NCBI GenBank assembly: GCA_003242885.1
Contig: QKMZ01000015.1
Location: 269,568-333,567, forward strand
From: Candidatus Melainabacteria bacterium
GTDB lineage: Bacteria; Cyanobacteriota; Vampirovibrionia; Obscuribacterales; Obscuribacteraceae
Reading direction: 5' to 3'
Length of the DNA: 64,000 bases
Shown: positions 45,332 through 53,606 of the stretch, in pieces
Position numbering within the stretch: position 1 is the stretch's first letter
Layout: each line of letters starts with the position of its first letter
Notes under the pieces: model-generated
The model's input: the letters and a program-made list of their open reading frames with translations, nothing else
Told to the model about the DNA's origin: nothing
The model's database searches: none
Translations under genes and position numbers: made by a program

Positions 45332-45697
45332 CTAGTCGTTGACGCCGATTTCAGTGAAGAGATAGGCGCCTTTTACCTTTTCGAAAATGTAGATATCATC
45401 GTTGACAAAGACCATCCATGCCGTTTTGTCTTTGACTGGTGTTTGTTTCAACAAGGCGTCTCTCTTCTTCTTGGAAAAGATTTGGTTGCAATAGACAATG
45501 AATTGCTTCCTGTCCATCGGCTTTTCGTAAGAGTTGTAGGGCAGGCGTGTCATAGAAGCGATTGCTTCTTTATCGTTCTTCTGCAGCGCCGCTTTGAATT
45601 TTGTCCAATATGCATCGAATTCAGCGTCCTTCGCAAACGCGGCAGATGCAGAAAATGCGATGAGTGCGAAGAGCGCGATCAAAGTTCTATTGAGCAT
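45332..45697 (-). CDS. secreted hypothetical protein
   Basis: Start taken at the Met giving signal peptide MLNRTLIALFALIAFSASAAFA. The ORF opens at 45754. Confidence 0.5.
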   Translation of the reverse strand: MLNRTLIALFALIAFSASAAFAKDAEFDAYWTKFKAALQKNDKEAIASMTRLPYNSYEKPMDRKQFIVYCNQIFSKKKRDALLKQTPVKDKTAWMVFVNDDIYIFEKVKGAYLFTEIGVND

Positions 45698-45747
45698 GTA
45701 AATCTCCAATTGAAACAGGCGCAGGCCTACTAGATTGATAGCCCATT

Positions 45748-47055
45748 GTGGCATCGGTACCGCATATAATATCCCATGTCTTTATGAGGAATCTCAGCTT
45801 GCGGCATCCTAAAGCAAGAATCATTCTGTTTTTGTCTGTTGTGCCGCTACTCTTGGCGTTCTTATTCCTTGGCAGTAAGACATACAACAAGTTTGGTTCT
45901 TTGGACTCTAAACACCGGACAGGGTGGAGTCAAAAGGATCTCATTATCACCTACAGCTGTTCTCCACCGCCGGAAGAACCTTATGTAAAGGCGATTGCGG
46001 ATCAAGGCTACAACCTCTTGCCGATTGCGGAGGATGCTCTGCCATTTGCTGAAAAGTACAACGTCAAGGTTTTGCTTCAGCATGGTCTCTTCAATGTCAA
46101 AACGATGGAAAGTCCAATCGAACTTGAGCAGCTAAATGCGCTGATTGATCGAGTTAAAGATAATCCTGCGCTTGAAGGCTATTACATCTTCGACGAACCT
46201 CAGGAAGTTGAATTTCCGAAGCTTGCAAAACTTGTTCGACACATTAAAGCGCGAGATCCCCACCATTTTTGCTTCGTCAATTTGCTGCCAATATTTGGTG
46301 TCAGAACAAAGAAAATCAAAGACCCGTCGCTGATCTACAAAGATTACATCAATGAATACATCAGACAGTTTAAGCCAGATTTGCTTAGTTATGACTACTA
46401 CACATTTGTCAAATACTCGAATTCACCAGCTGCAGGACTCTACTTTATTCACCTTCGGCTGATGCGGGAATGTGCAAGGAAGGCCGAATTGCCATTTATG
46501 AACATCATTCAGGCGTCGCAATTCCAGGTGAGAGATTGGGATATGCCGACTCCTGCACAGCTGCGGTGGCAAGTTTATACTTCGCTCGCTTACGGTGCCA
46601 GGGCTATCAATTATTTTCTGTACTGGGGACCGAAGTCGTTTGCAGGGATGTATCGTGATGGTGTTGCAATCCCGTTGGTCGACGCTGCCGCTCTCTTAAA
46701 CAAAGAGATGAAAGCGTTGAGCTCGACGCTTATGTCGATGGAGTCACTCTACATATTTCAAACTGACCCACTACCACCGGGTGCGTTGCCGATGCCATTT
46801 GGATGCCCGTTACAAATTACCTCACCTGGCCAGTTTGTAGTTGGAGTTTTTGGCGAAGACCGGAAAGAGAAGGCGTTCATGATCGTCAATCGTGATTTTT
46901 CAAAGTCCGTTGTTGCGAGAGTAAAAGTGCTTGGAGCCGAGGCGCTTAGTGAATTGCAGCGCAGCGACTCTAGCTGGAAGACAGTCAACCCGAATCAAAA
47001 TGGGGAATTTGAGATTTTACTTGAACCCGGCGATGGACGGTTCTTTAAGTTCTAG
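45748..47055 (+). CDS. hypothetical protein, possibly a TIM-barrel glycoside-hydrolase-like enzyme
   Basis: 435 aa. N-terminal TM or signal segment. YYIFDEP, FVNLLP and INYFLYWGP resemble clan GH-A-like patterns, but I cannot assign a family. GTG start. Confidence 0.5.
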   Translation: MASVPHIISHVFMRNLSLRHPKARIILFLSVVPLLLAFLFLGSKTYNKFGSLDSKHRTGWSQKDLIITYSCSPPPEEPYVKAIADQGYNLLPIAEDALPFAEKYNVKVLLQHGLFNVKTMESPIELEQLNALIDRVKDNPALEGYYIFDEPQEVEFPKLAKLVRHIKARDPHHFCFVNLLPIFGVRTKKIKDPSLIYKDYINEYIRQFKPDLLSYDYYTFVKYSNSPAAGLYFIHLRLMRECARKAELPFMNIIQASQFQVRDWDMPTPAQLRWQVYTSLAYGARAINYFLYWGPKSFAGMYRDGVAIPLVDAAALLNKEMKALSSTLMSMESLYIFQTDPLPPGALPMPFGCPLQITSPGQFVVGVFGEDRKEKAFMIVNRDFSKSVVARVKVLGAEALSELQRSDSSWKTVNPNQNGEFEILLEPGDGRFFKF

Positions 47056-49675
47056 AGTTTTTCGGAATTGAAAATTTGAAGGTGCTTCCTTTTCCTTCTT
47101 CGCTCTCGACGGAAATCTCTCCGCCGTGCAATTCTACAATTGCCTTGCAGATTGCGAGACCCAAACCGGAGCCACCTGATTTGGTGTGGTCTTGCACGCT
47201 AACTTGCTGGAAGCGGTCGAAAATGTTTGCAATTTTGTCTTCAGGAATACCGCGCCCTTCGTCTTTAATGCGGATAACAACGCTCCCGTTTTCAGATTCT
47301 GCGGTGAGTTTTATAGATGAGTCTCTGGGTGAAAATTTGATTGCGTTTGAAACCAGATTTGTAAGCACGCGAGAAATTTTGTCTTCGTCGACATAGAAAG
47401 TTAAGTCGTCGCTATCAGAACTCTCTGCCCCAATATTGTTGCTGTCAGAATCAGACCGGTCGACGCATGGCGTCGACCCTACGTTAGACTGATGCGTCGC
47501 CCCTGCTCTAGGCGTCGCCCCTGCTCTAGGCGTCGACCGTACGCAGACGATGGAAACGCCCGATTCTGCTGCCAGTGGTGAGAGTGATTGAGCCGTGTGT
47601 TCTAGAACTTTCGAAGCAGAAACATTTTCCTTTTCAAGTTCCATCATGCCCGCTTTGATCTTCTCTACGTCAAGGAGATCGTTGATTAAGCTGAGCATTC
47701 TACTTGCGTTTCTATCCGCAAGACCGAGCATTTTATTGGCTTTCTCGGTTAGCTCACCAAGCAATCCAGTTGCCAGCATCTCGTGAAAATTTCGAATTGT
47801 TGAAAGTGGAGTCCGCAAATCGTGAGTGATCATTGCCACCACTTCCTGCTTCATGCGCTCCGCTTCTTTGCGTTCTGTAATGTCGTGAATGACGCAGAAT
47901 AATGCCTTGTCTGCTTCTGACCAAGTTGCAGACCAGAGCGTGTCGATTTGCTTTCCGTCTTTCCTTACCATGCGTACTTCAAGAAGTTCTGGATCGCTTC
48001 CAGCCTTGAGTTTTTCGATTGCTGCGATAGTTGGTTTTCTATCGTCGAGAAAAACAAGATCGATGAAGACCTTGCCAAACATCTCGTCATGCGTGTAGCC
48101 TAGTATGGTAAGTGAAGCTGGATTGACCGCGCTGAAGTGTCCATGCGCATCAATAGAACAGATTACATCGCTGGCGTTTTCAATAACTGCGCGTTCCTTC
48201 CTTCGTGATTCGGAAAGTGCGTCAGCCATCGTGTGGAAGGTTCGATCCAGTGCTGCGATTTCGTCATTGCCCGCACTTAGCGGATTCAGAGGTAGATTGC
48301 TCGCTAATCTCAGAGCATTGTCACCCATTATACTGACGCGTTTTGTGATACTACGCACGGTGAGCGCGATGATGCTTAAGCATGTAAGAATAATTAGGCA
48401 TTCGGCTATCAGTACGAAGTTTATTCTGCTTCTGTACCAATCCTGCTGCTTGGCGCTACTGGTCGTTCTTTCCATCTCTTGATTCAGCATCGACATGAGA
48501 TTGATCGACGACACATCCTTAATGTTGTTTTGAACTTGCCTCCAAGATGTTTGGCGCGCTGGATTGCTTTCAAGCATCTGGGATTTCCATGTTGTCCATT
48601 CTCTATCCAGTTGGCGGTGCATGTTTTCCAGCAGAGTAAAAACGCGATCGGAAGCGGCCTTGGACGACTGTATGATCGAAAGTTGATCAGGATCTTTGCT
48701 TCGCAATTCTTTGAGCATTTCGAAACGAAAGTTGATCAGGTTGCGCTTGTCCATGTATTTCACAATCAAGTCATCTTCAGCATCGGGAAAAAGCGGATGC
48801 ACGCGATGTTCCGGTCTATTGTCTGGGCGCCCTGCAAGCTTGATGTCCGAGAATATGGATTGAAAGATTGCTGTGTCGATATCTTTGAAGCATGCATCAA
48901 TTTCTTTGATAGCGCTCACCATCTTCAAGGATTCGACATTTCCTTTTGCCTCCGCATCGCTTTGCTGCTGCAGGCTGTGCAGCAGGGCGGCGAAGCCAAT
49001 CAGTTGCAATATCAAAATGACAGTAATCCAGTTGAGACGCTCTGTAATCTTCTTTGCCAGAAGCAGAGCGATTAGCAAAAGGGCAATTGTTGTGAAGCAT
49101 AAGCAGGCGACTTGAATATCATTTACTTGATGGGTCAGCTCCGTCTGGTGAAACTTGAGCTTTTCTGCCTGAGTGTTTAGATTGCTCCTAAGCTCTTTCA
49201 ATTGGTCTGTGATAACGGCCAACTCATGGTTTTGAACTTGCGCCCATTTCTGATCAACTACATGTTGCTGGTTGAGGGGCACCAATTTGTACTGATGCGA
49301 TCGCAGTGCCAGCGTCGCGTTGATGTGTTGCATGGCTGTGTCTTTTGCCGTTGCAATCACACTTTGTTTTTCTTTGTCGTTTTCGACCAACTTTTCGGCT
49401 TCTGCGAATTCGGCATCAAGGTTGGCAATATTTTTTTGAACAATTTGCACGTCTGGTGTTTGTATTGGATCGGCGCAGGTGGCGACTATGTCCAACGCGC
49501 GGCGCGATATGCTGTCGATCTTATTGACTAGGGCTGTGCTGTTCGATGCTTGTGCTGCATCGGTTCGCGCACTCTCACCAAGTTTGAAAATCGTGATCCA
49601 AAACATCGACTCGAAAATGAGTCCTGTGACAATAAGACCGATAAGTTTTGGAGACAGTTTTTTGCCGATTTGCAC
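47045..49675 (-). CDS. sensor histidine kinase (TM - long helical sensor - TM - HAMP - PAS - HisKA - HATPase_c) carrying an in-frame repeat-derived insertion
   Basis: H-box VAMITHDLRTPLSTI, N-box LTNLVSNAIKFSP, G1 DEGRGIP, G2 GGSGLGLAICK. There is an extra stretch of about 40 aa between HisKA and the N-box. Confidence 0.85.
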   Translation of the reverse strand: MQIGKKLSPKLIGLIVTGLIFESMFWITIFKLGESARTDAAQASNSTALVNKIDSISRRALDIVATCADPIQTPDVQIVQKNIANLDAEFAEAEKLVENDKEKQSVIATAKDTAMQHINATLALRSHQYKLVPLNQQHVVDQKWAQVQNHELAVITDQLKELRSNLNTQAEKLKFHQTELTHQVNDIQVACLCFTTIALLLIALLLAKKITERLNWITVILILQLIGFAALLHSLQQQSDAEAKGNVESLKMVSAIKEIDACFKDIDTAIFQSIFSDIKLAGRPDNRPEHRVHPLFPDAEDDLIVKYMDKRNLINFRFEMLKELRSKDPDQLSIIQSSKAASDRVFTLLENMHRQLDREWTTWKSQMLESNPARQTSWRQVQNNIKDVSSINLMSMLNQEMERTTSSAKQQDWYRSRINFVLIAECLIILTCLSIIALTVRSITKRVSIMGDNALRLASNLPLNPLSAGNDEIAALDRTFHTMADALSESRRKERAVIENASDVICSIDAHGHFSAVNPASLTILGYTHDEMFGKVFIDLVFLDDRKPTIAAIEKLKAGSDPELLEVRMVRKDGKQIDTLWSATWSEADKALFCVIHDITERKEAERMKQEVVAMITHDLRTPLSTIRNFHEMLATGLLGELTEKANKMLGLADRNASRMLSLINDLLDVEKIKAGMMELEKENVSASKVLEHTAQSLSPLAAESGVSIVCVRSTPRAGATPRAGATHQSNVGSTPCVDRSDSDSNNIGAESSDSDDLTFYVDEDKISRVLTNLVSNAIKFSPRDSSIKLTAESENGSVVIRIKDEGRGIPEDKIANIFDRFQQVSVQDHTKSGGSGLGLAICKAIVELHGGEISVESEEGKGSTFKFSIPKNSRT
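47458..47543. repeat. cluster of the dispersed palindromic element plus direct sub-repeats, inside the histidine kinase CDS
   Basis: GGTCGACGC-ATG-GCGTCGACC-CTACG, then GCGTCGCCCCTGCTCTAG twice in tandem, then GCGTCGACCGTACG. Confidence 0.8.
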
Positions 49676-49885
49676 GCTGTTTTCTCAATCGTTTTTTTGC
49701 CTTCGGTCTCTATCGACAATATCATGTAGCATTTTTACCTAACCTGCAAAGCCCGGTTAGGTGGTTTGAATGAGGCTCCACGGGTCTGATAAAGCTGGAA
49801 TTGCTTACTAAATAAGATATATAGGTTGATCACTGTTTTCAGGCGGGCACAATTATTCTGAATATTAAATAGTGGGACCTCGTTG

Positions 49886-51607
49886 ATGTACAAACCGAAG
49901 CGCCAGGTTCGCCTGGACCCGATGAAATATCCGCCCCGTATGAGTGACCTGAGGAATCTTCTTCAGGAGGCCACCGTAAATAAGGGTTGCACAGTTGAAT
50001 TGCCGTTTGCTGCGATGAACAGCAAGTGGAGTTTGACCGTCAGGTCTGAAATCGGCGGTACACAGGAGCCCATGTGGACACTTTATGAAGGCGAAGGCTC
50101 CAGTTCGCGAGTCGTGTGGAGCACGCCGTTTGATGACGTTGAGCTTTTGCAGGACGTACTGCATTTGTCTCTGCCTCAAGACCTTCAGAAAGTAGCGATG
50201 CCGCCCGAGGTCGCTGCCGCGCCAGCCAAGTCCGAGCCCGAGCCTAATGGCCAGCCCGACGCCCCGCACTCTTTTGCCGCGTTCGATAAGTCGAGCGCGC
50301 TTATGAAAGAATCGCATACGAATATGCCTGCAGCACAGCAGCCGCAAGCGCCTGGACAACAGCCAGTCAATCCGCAACAACAGCCGAATCAACAGCAGCA
50401 GATGCCACCGGAGCAGCAGATGCCGCCCGGATATCCGCAACCAGTTCCCCCTGGTTATCCACAGCAAATGCCACCTGGCTATCCGCAGCAAATGCCGCCT
50501 GGTTATGGATATCCGCCTGGTTATCCGCAGCAAATGCCGCCTGGATATGGTTATCCGCCGGGCTACGGCTACCCGCCTGGCTATGGATATCCGCCTGGTT
50601 ATCCGCAGCAGATGCCTCCGGGATATGGCTATCCACCTGGATACGGCTACCCTCCGGGCTATCCCCAGCAGATGCCGCCTGGTTATCCGCCGCAACAAAT
50701 GCCACCAGGGTATCCACAACAACCCGGCTATCCTCAACCGCAAGATCCTTCTCAGCCTGCTCAACAAGGGCAGAACGCTGCGTCTGGAACTTACCCTGCA
50801 CACCAAAATCCTTATGCATCTGGAAGTTATCCTGCGGTCGAGCCCTACGGATCTGGCTCTTATCCTGCGATTGGTGGCGGTGGAAAAGATTTGATCGAGA
50901 AGCGTCCCAATTTCTTGTTGGGTCATTTCCTCGTTGAGGCAGGCTTGATTCCAGAACCAACTCTTGATGCGGCTTTGCAGTTGCAGGGGATGGTTAAGGC
51001 TGGTGCGCTCAATCCGAAACAAGCTGGTGAAGCGGTTCGCCGCGCGCACACACGTGGTGGCAAAGTAGACACAAATACTTTTACTGCAACGCCTGCTAAG
51101 AAAGTAGATTCTTCGGACATCCAGGGAACCGCGCCACCGCTTGGTCAAGTTCTCATTGAAGCCGGTCTGATAAGCGTTCCTGTTCTCAAAGCAGCTTTGA
51201 ATTTGCAGGAAGTCGTTCGTACTGGTGCATTGACTCGTGAAGAAGCACTGGAGGCTTTCATTCGAGAGCATTATGGTGTCGACGCAAAAAGCGCGCGCAA
51301 AGCCATCGCTAAGAATTCCATGGATTCGAAAGTTATCGGCTTGCTTGTAAAAGCTGGCTTGCTCACAGAGCAAGACGTGCAAACTGCTCAGACAGTGAAG
51401 AAGAAGCACGGCGGCGATGTGGTCAAAATTCTGACTGCGGCCGGCAAACTCGATAAGGTCTTGCTTGGCGCTGCGAATCAGTGCCATGATCTGATTGAGC
51501 AAAAACGATTGAAGGTTGAACAAGCAATCATCGCGTTGCACTATTGCGAGAGAATGCGAGTAAGTTTTGACGATGCGGTTGAAGAGATGGGATGGGAAAA
51601 GCCATAG
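49886..51607 (+). CDS. unknown N-domain + P/G/Y/Q-rich spacer + MshEN/T2SSE_N-like repeats (paralog B)
   Basis: Begins MYKPKRQ (paralog A begins MFKPKPQ). Shares the N-domain, (PPGYGY/PPGYPQQM)n repeats and C-terminal repeats, and ends SFDDAVEEMGWEKP. Confidence 0.8.
   Translation: MYKPKRQVRLDPMKYPPRMSDLRNLLQEATVNKGCTVELPFAAMNSKWSLTVRSEIGGTQEPMWTLYEGEGSSSRVVWSTPFDDVELLQDVLHLSLPQDLQKVAMPPEVAAAPAKSEPEPNGQPDAPHSFAAFDKSSALMKESHTNMPAAQQPQAPGQQPVNPQQQPNQQQQMPPEQQMPPGYPQPVPPGYPQQMPPGYPQQMPPGYGYPPGYPQQMPPGYGYPPGYGYPPGYGYPPGYPQQMPPGYGYPPGYGYPPGYPQQMPPGYPPQQMPPGYPQQPGYPQPQDPSQPAQQGQNAASGTYPAHQNPYASGSYPAVEPYGSGSYPAIGGGGKDLIEKRPNFLLGHFLVEAGLIPEPTLDAALQLQGMVKAGALNPKQAGEAVRRAHTRGGKVDTNTFTATPAKKVDSSDIQGTAPPLGQVLIEAGLISVPVLKAALNLQEVVRTGALTREEALEAFIREHYGVDAKSARKAIAKNSMDSKVIGLLVKAGLLTEQDVQTAQTVKKKHGGDVVKILTAAGKLDKVLLGAANQCHDLIEQKRLKVEQAIIALHYCERMRVSFDDAVEEMGWEKP
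50423..50737 (+). repeat. coding tandem repeat (18-nt PPGYGY and 24-nt PPGYPQQM units)
   Basis: Directly visible reiteration of ccgcctggttat(ggatat)/ccgcagcaaatg units. Confidence 0.85.
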
Positions 51608-51613
51608 CCGCTG

Positions 51614-52450
51614 ATGTCTAATCAGGAGAAGAAACTGGTCTTTCTTGGCGTTGGCCAGGTCGCTCGGGCGCTGGCTCAGATTGTTTTGGACAATTCTCAG
51701 GCAGATAAGACTGCGAGCAATTACAAACTGTTTGGCACCACGCGCAGTGCTGAGAGAGTTGCAGAAATTCGCAAACTTGGCATAGAACCGCTTATTATAG
51801 AAACGTTCGAAGTCGTTGCGACACATCTCGATGACGCTCTGGTTGTGGTCTCCTTTCCTCCGAATGCAGAAGCAGACGACGCCGCTTGTCGCGCAGCGAG
51901 AAATGCAGCCGGAATCGTCTATATCTCTTCCACCGCTGTCTACGGGAAGAGAGAAGGGTTGGTCGATGAGAACACAGACGTTGAAGGCGAATCTCCTCAT
52001 GCAAAGGCGCGCCTAGACGCCGAGCAAAAGTGGCTACAAGTAGGAGCGTCGATTGTGCGCGCGCCAGGCATTTATGGTGGCGGCAATGGTATGCATCACA
52101 GGCTTTTGAGTGGAAACTATCGTTTGCCGGGCGATGGCAGCAATTTTGTTTCGCGTATTCACGTCCATGATTTAGCTTCGATGATTGTTAGCGTTCTTGA
52201 GCTAAACCAGCGAGGTCGAATTTATCTCGCCGGAGATAATCAACCAACAACGCATAGAGAGATAGTTGAGTGGCTTGTTCAACGCCTTAATCTTCCGTTT
52301 CCCGACTCAATTCCACTCGAGCAGTGTCATTACACTCAGCGCGGCAATCGCCGCGTCGACGCTTCAAAATCAATTAAAGAACTTGGAGTCACATTGAAGT
52401 TTCCCACCTACAAAGACGGTTATTCTCACGAATTGAATATGGGCACTTAG
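51614..52450 (+). CDS. NAD(P)-binding Rossmann-fold protein (atypical extended SDR / epimerase-like)
   Basis: KLVFLGVGQVARAL Rossmann motif, YISSTAVYG and RAPGIYG. Starts 6 nt after paralog B. Confidence 0.65.
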   Translation: MSNQEKKLVFLGVGQVARALAQIVLDNSQADKTASNYKLFGTTRSAERVAEIRKLGIEPLIIETFEVVATHLDDALVVVSFPPNAEADDAACRAARNAAGIVYISSTAVYGKREGLVDENTDVEGESPHAKARLDAEQKWLQVGASIVRAPGIYGGGNGMHHRLLSGNYRLPGDGSNFVSRIHVHDLASMIVSVLELNQRGRIYLAGDNQPTTHREIVEWLVQRLNLPFPDSIPLEQCHYTQRGNRRVDASKSIKELGVTLKFPTYKDGYSHELNMGT

Positions 52451-52491
52451 GTGATTCTTTCACTTCAATAACCATTCACACCCACATCTCT

Positions 52492-53286
52492 CTATTTGTG
52501 TGGCTTCTGAACTCTCTCTCTTGCTGCAGTTTGCATATTTGAGAAAATAACTTTGTCATTTGCGTCACGCATTTCATATCCGCCGTTTGGCAGCAATACT
52601 TGAGTCGACATTTTTCTCTCTTGCTCGTCGAAAGTAATTATCTCGCGCGACTTATCCTTGTGTTCTGTTTCGAGCGAGAATAGCTTTCCATCAGCCATTC
52701 TAGTGGCTCTTGTGATGCTCCTGTCTTTTGGGTCCAGGTAAACATCGACAGTCGATACCACTTCGTTTGTTCCGCCCAAAGTGTTGATCTCCTTAAATCC
52801 ATTGTTTCCGTTCGGTTTAATTGTTGTCTTGATCCCGGACTCTTCACTTCCAGGTTTGACCAGGCGTGTTGACCCTGACTCGCGACCCGCATCGCCTCCA
52901 GTATCACGTGCTGCAAAACCCTTTGTTTCAATTCCTCCGTTGCGCGATTGGTTTTCACCTATGCCGAACAGTTCCTTGAACTGCTCTTTGACGCTCTTTA
53001 AAAACTCAGGAGTGAGTTCTGAAACGAATGGGATATGCTGCCCCATCGATGGTGCGAACCTTGGTGTTCGTGATTCCAATGTTTGTGGTCGCGCCTGTGG
53101 GATATCTCCTTTGTCCGGAATGATTTGCAAAGCAGGCAAATGATCCTTGCTCGTATTTGGATTGCTTGTCAGATTTTGCATCTCGGATAGTTTCAACTCT
53201 GTGAATGGTTGAGCGAAAGTCTGCATGGGTCTGTCCATCAGCTCTCTTAGCTGGGACATGTTCTCAAAATTGTTGACTTCAACCAT
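52492..53286 (-). CDS. hypothetical protein
   Basis: 264 aa from ATG 53286 (the ORF opens at TTG 53328). No recognisable motif. Confidence 0.45.
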   Translation of the reverse strand: MVEVNNFENMSQLRELMDRPMQTFAQPFTELKLSEMQNLTSNPNTSKDHLPALQIIPDKGDIPQARPQTLESRTPRFAPSMGQHIPFVSELTPEFLKSVKEQFKELFGIGENQSRNGGIETKGFAARDTGGDAGRESGSTRLVKPGSEESGIKTTIKPNGNNGFKEINTLGGTNEVVSTVDVYLDPKDRSITRATRMADGKLFSLETEHKDKSREIITFDEQERKMSTQVLLPNGGYEMRDANDKVIFSNMQTAARERVQKPHK

Positions 53287-53468
53287 TTGCAAAACCTCGT
53301 AGTTAACAGAGAATCGCCAGCAACTCAAGCCCTTGCAGTCATTTCCGCTGCGGTGGGATTGCTGTATGCCTCAATAACTTACGAGTTCTTTGTGGTCAAC
53401 GCCGGGCGTATGTGTGGCGAAGTTGTGGCGAAGCCAAACGGGGCGTCTCTCTGTCAATTATCGTAGCG

Positions 53469-53489
53469 GGGCGACGCCATGCGTCGCCC
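53469..53489. repeat. perfect copy of the dispersed 21-nt palindromic element
   Basis: GGGCGACGC-CAT-GCGTCGCCC, a perfect 9-bp inverted repeat, in opposite orientation to the other copies judged by the flanking CGTAGC. Confidence 0.8.
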
Positions 53490-53491
53490 GC

Positions 53492-53511
53492 GGGCGGCAT
53501 CAATGCCGCCC
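53492..53511 (-). terminator. GC-rich hairpin at the end of the LemA-RR-HK-TPR gene string
   Basis: GGGCGGCAT-ca-ATGCCGCCC, a perfect 9-bp stem about 95 nt after the stop of 53607..55232. No clear U-tract follows. Confidence 0.4.
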
Positions 53512-53606
53512 TTACAATCACTGGAAACCTTTAGTGATGCATTACATGCGCCTTCCTGTGTAAATCAAATCAGCACGTCGGTTCGTAATTTAAGGAAGAG
53601 ACTGTC

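Noticed and set aside
47491-47529. Tandem GCGTCGCCCCTGCTCTAG direct repeats, considered as a mini-CRISPR.
   Set aside because: There are only two adjacent copies, no spacers and no cas genes. They are part of the dispersed palindromic element and lie inside a CDS.
49865-52000. The longest ORF in this part of the track, 711 aa on the minus strand.
   Set aside because: It is antisense to two well-supported plus-strand genes: paralog B of the MshEN-like family and a Rossmann-fold protein. Its product is low-complexity Arg/Ile/Leu-rich sequence (RRITRRHLLRIARR...). That composition is the mirror image of the PPGY-coding repeat, and it has no recognisable motifs.
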